Shown here one piece after another: positions 59,982 to 64,000 of a stretch of 64,000 bases of DNA. The notes under the pieces were generated by a model. It did not search any database. It saw nothing but the letters and a program-made list of their open reading frames with translations, and had not been told where the DNA came from. Position 1 is the first letter of the stretch. Each line of letters begins with the position of its first letter. The DNA comes from the human T2T-CHM13v2.0 reference genome, Homo sapiens, in the NCBI RefSeq assembly GCF_009914755.1, contig NC_060946.1, one strand, 5' to 3'. Made by a program: the position numbers and the translations under genes.

Positions 59982-62306
59982 AGTCACGGGTGGAACTACG
60001 GGCTCCAGAGTTTAATGTCCTCGGTTGTGGGGCGGTTTCACAAGACAGAACAGCCTCTGCTTTTCTGCAGCTTAGCAGAAGCTCAGCAGAAAGCCTGCTT
60101 TTGCCAGCAGGCAGAGGGGCCTACAGTTTCAAAGCTGTATTCTGTTATTTCGTGATTAACTCATGCGGAAATGAAAGCAGCCCTGTGAATATCAAAAGTT
60201 ACAATAGAAGAAGGAAGGGACATAGGGAGAGCCTCTGCAAACGGAGCTCAGGCATCCACAGCCCACCACGGTTACTATCTCATCACAGTGGTACAACCTC
60301 ATACCTGGCAGGCAAGCCCCTGCCACCCTCCTGAATGGGGCAGTTCCGTGACCCCCTGATCCCTGAGCCCAGCACCGCCCCAGCTCCAGCCCTTGCTCTC
60401 TCATGTGTGATATGATGAGCTTTGCGACGGAACCACAGAGGCGTGCCCAGAATGCAAAGCACCCCAGCCTCCTGCATCACTGGTGGGTGTGGGGTGAGGG
60501 AGTGGGGTCAGGAAAGGCTCTGGGAAGAGAGAAGGCAGAGCTGAGAAAGAGGCCTGCCTGGAACGGGGCGTTCTGGGTGGAAGGAGCGGCCTGCAGGAAG
60601 GCATGAGAAAACACCAGTTCAGTGAATGGTGGCACAGAACCAGTGATGCCTCAGTGTGAGGACAGAATCCTGGACAGGTGAGCAGCCCTGAGCTCAAAGG
60701 GTCCCAGTTACCATCCCCCATCAGGAAGGGGACCGCTGAGTGACATCAGCATATCTCCAAGTTCTCCAGCCAGCTTGCTGTCCCTGGGACATTATAGCCA
60801 ACTTAGGGCCACTGTCTCCCCGAGCTAACCTCCAGGTGTTGGCACACTCCTTCTCCGACCCTGAATACCACCTTCCTCGACTTCCCCTGCCAAGAAAGCA
60901 TTCCTCCTGGAGAGACAAACAGCTTATGGCCAACTCCCTGAAAAATAGGGTCACATAGAACAAGCCCTGGCCCATCAGCCCTCCATGGTCAATCGGGAAA
61001 ATGAGCTTGACCATTGGCTTGAACTTTGCTCTTCCCCTAACTGTGGTGCGATTGCTCCAGTGAGCTTAGAGGCTTCGTCGAAGGGACTGGGGGGCCTTGG
61101 TTTGCATTCCCTTAATCATTGGTGACAAATGTAAATCCTCCGGTTCCTGCCAGTCTCTCCCAGAGAGAGGAGAGGAACCCTGGCTTCGTTCACACGTGTG
61201 CTGGGCGCAGTGGGGGAAAGAGATCTCCACAGGGGAAGCACTGCTGAAAACACACAATCTCTTCACTGCAACATCTTGGACCTCCAAGGCCGTACGTCTT
61301 CATTTTCTTCCTTTTGAGAGTAAAAGCCATCATCTCTCCACTGGCTGGAGTGTTTTCTCCTCGTGCTTCTCCGTGGGGATGTGCGGGTCAGTGGAGGGAA
61401 AAGGAGGAGGAACCCGAACCCGTAGATGGCCAGAGGCCACACTCTCTAGACAGGGAGAAGAGTCTCCAAATATTGGAGTGATTAAAAGAAAAACCAGTCC
61501 AAGAGATTTAAACCGACAAGCACCCTGGGTTTAGAAAGATTTGAGGAAAACCTTTCCTGGCATAATTTGCTGGGTATGTTTAAGCCTCTGATGCAACAAC
61601 CTTTAAAATAAATGCAATTCACACACGGATCTAGATAAATTATTTCCAATCTTATCTTCAGATGAATCTATGAATAATAAGTCATCTCAGCATTGTAACA
61701 GAGGCTGCTGCAGGCTGGCAGCCTTGATTGTGATTGCGTTGATTTTGACACATGGCAATGTATTCCGAATAGACACCCAGGAAAGAAGAGAAATATTTTT
61801 TCAAATTGCAGAACTTCATAAATATGCAAATCTCCAAACTCCAAATGCAACATAGTGTTTCTATTTTATTTTTCATTGTTTTTAACATTTTGTTTCTAAG
61901 GCAACTTCCCGATCATCTGTGTAATTCCACCTATAAACCACATGAGTCATGCCCTAGGTTTATTTGTAAGATGTGCTTGGTACTTGAAAGACGTTTTCCT
62001 CTGGAAACAGTGTGATAAACGGTAGCCCCACAATGCAACAAAGGCTGGCAGTGCAGGGGAGGGTCCAAATGAGCCTGAGGAATGCGGCAGTCAGAAAGCC
62101 CTGCTTATGAAGGACAGAAATCACACCGTCTCCCCTCCAACATGAGAAGCAGCTGGATAACACAAAACGTAGACAAGAAGGGGCTATGCCTTGGGAAAGC
62201 CGGAATAGTGGACTTGATCGTGGCAGGATGGCAGGCATCCCCGTTGTATTTCAATTTCTCTCCTACAGGCTGGGTTCTAGTCTCCCTGTGTTTCTAGGAG
62301 ATGAAA

Positions 62307-62610
62307 GACCAGGGATTCGCCAACTCCAGGTTCCATTCCCAGAACTTCATCTGAGATGTGGGACCAGGTATTCACCAAGCCCAGGTTCCAATCCCAGAAC
62401 TTCATCTGAGACGTGGGACCAGGTATTCACCAAGCCCAGGTTCCAATCGCAGAACTTCATCTGAGACGTGGGACCAGGTATTCACCAAGCCCGGGCTCCT
62501 GTCCCAAAAATTCATCTAAGACATGGGACCCGGGTGTTCACCAACTCCAGGTTCCAATCCCAGAACTTCATCTGAAACATGCGACCAGGTGTCGCCAACC
62601 CCAGGCTTCT
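62307..62610. repeat. 55-bp VNTR, ~5.5 copies
   Basis: CCAGGTTCCAATCCCAGAACTTCATCTGAGACGTGGGACCAGGTATTCACCAAGC at 62326, 62381, 62436, 62491, ~62547. Confidence 0.93.
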
Positions 62611-63888
62611 CTCCTAGATCTTCCAGAATAAGAGCGAAGAGGTGGCCTCCATCTGGGTTAAAATCTGCAGCATTTCAGGAGATTTCTGTGGTTGCCTGGC
62701 TCTTTCCATGAGACCATAAGAAACAGCCCCTGGTCAGGGGACAGCCGGTGATCAGCCACCCCCAGAGATGTGGAGAATCAGGGTGGGCACACCACGCTTG
62801 GCTTGGGTCGTTCAAAATCTCACCACGAAAGAGGCCCAACTCCAGGCCACGGCTGACATGGCCCAGAAGCCTCCATGGTAAAGACCCTGGGGGAGGAGCT
62901 GGGGTGGAAAGGGCAATTATGGAGACCCTCGGGTGGTGGCGAAGAGGGAGGGGGGCAGGGTCACTCCCAGGCGAAGAAAAGCAAGGGAAGCCCCCGGCTA
63001 TTTTCAGTGGTTGAAGCGCTCATGTCCAATCACAGGGGTGACCGGGGGGACGAGGTTTACAATCAGGGCTTCTGAGTCTCTAGGACACAGGAAAGTTCTC
63101 GAATCCCCTCGGGGCCAGTCAGAGACACAGAAACCAGGCCCTGTGTTGCCACAGGGGACCTTTTGTCTCAGAGGGAGCAGTAAACACTCAGAGGAAACGG
63201 CCAAGAAGGGTCCTGCAGGACTTGGCAAGGAAGGAGACCGCGAGGTGGCCCCATGTCCAGGAGCCAGCGGACCTGCGTGCCCCTGTCCAGAGGAGCGGCT
63301 GCAGCTCAGCTTCAGCCCTGTGTCCCTGTGAGAATGTGGGTGGAAGATGGCCAAGTCCTCCTGCTTATTCAGGAGAAGCCGGTTGTGAAATGTTTCAAGG
63401 TAGTAGCAAACAGAACATAAACCGAGCAGCTTCCATGGGCCTCTCAGTTCTATGTGTCTCCGGCTGAGATTCAAAAGAGAAGGTGGACGAAGAGGAAATG
63501 CAGGTGACGCCGAGGAAAGGCGCCCAGGACACCAGAGGGAAATGTGTGCACGTGCTCGCCTGCAAACCTGCCACGCGGGAGAGGCTTCCAAACAGCAGGA
63601 ACCCCACAGGCCCCAACTGCGGAAGGAGGACGGAGCCAGTTCCCCTCGGGCGGTCATCATTGGTCTTGGTGACAAGCCAGTGCAGCAGGTGTAAGGAATG
63701 AACAGACGTCAGGGGAAGGCGGGAATTCCAAACACCTTTCCTCTGACTTCACCCACGGGAACCAAAGGAGAGGGAGGTGCCTGGCGGGATGGTGGAGGCC
63801 GAGCCCAGGTCCCACCCCGTCCATCACGGGTGTCCGCGCCGTTTCCTGGGCTGCTGTGGCTGGATGGCTCTGTTGTTTGTTTTGCCGC

Positions 63889-63926
<38 letters not shown>

Positions 63927-63927
63927 A

Positions 63928-63958
<31 letters not shown>

Positions 63959-64000
63959 AACACACACACACAAACACACACACAAATACACACACACACA
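63889..64000. repeat. (CA)n with CAAA interruptions, running off the window
   Basis: Direct read. Confidence 0.96.

Overview
Human non-coding genomic DNA: a human-specific AluYb8 and a hominid SVA fragment fix the species. The GC-rich, minisatellite-dense make-up suggests a distal or subtelomeric band, but I cannot name the locus. No protein-coding gene, RNA gene or processed pseudogene is recognisable, and the long ORFs arise from VNTRs, microsatellites or Alus. The window holds about 18 Alus, many with readable target-site duplications (TSDs), old L1M and young L1PA fragments, MaLR/ERVL solo LTRs, DNA transposons (Tigger2a, MER1A, MER58A), MIR/L2 relics, at least 7 minisatellites and several long simple repeats. 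These are interleaved with unique AT-rich, homeodomain-motif-dense blocks that resemble developmental enhancers. I found no new multi-gene system. The most notable sequence-level observations are: (1) a 19-nt inverted templated insertion inside a (TGGA)n array, copied from 0.55 kb downstream; (2) an Alu-spacer-Alu composite bracketed by a single TSD; (3) a 40-bp VNTR carrying an AP-1 site in nearly every unit; (4) ancient L1 remnants rewritten toward GC/CpG; (5) a PBX-HOX/MEIS composite site near a 32-bp duplicated CCAAT/E-box module. Repeat family names come from recalled consensus sequences, not from a database search.
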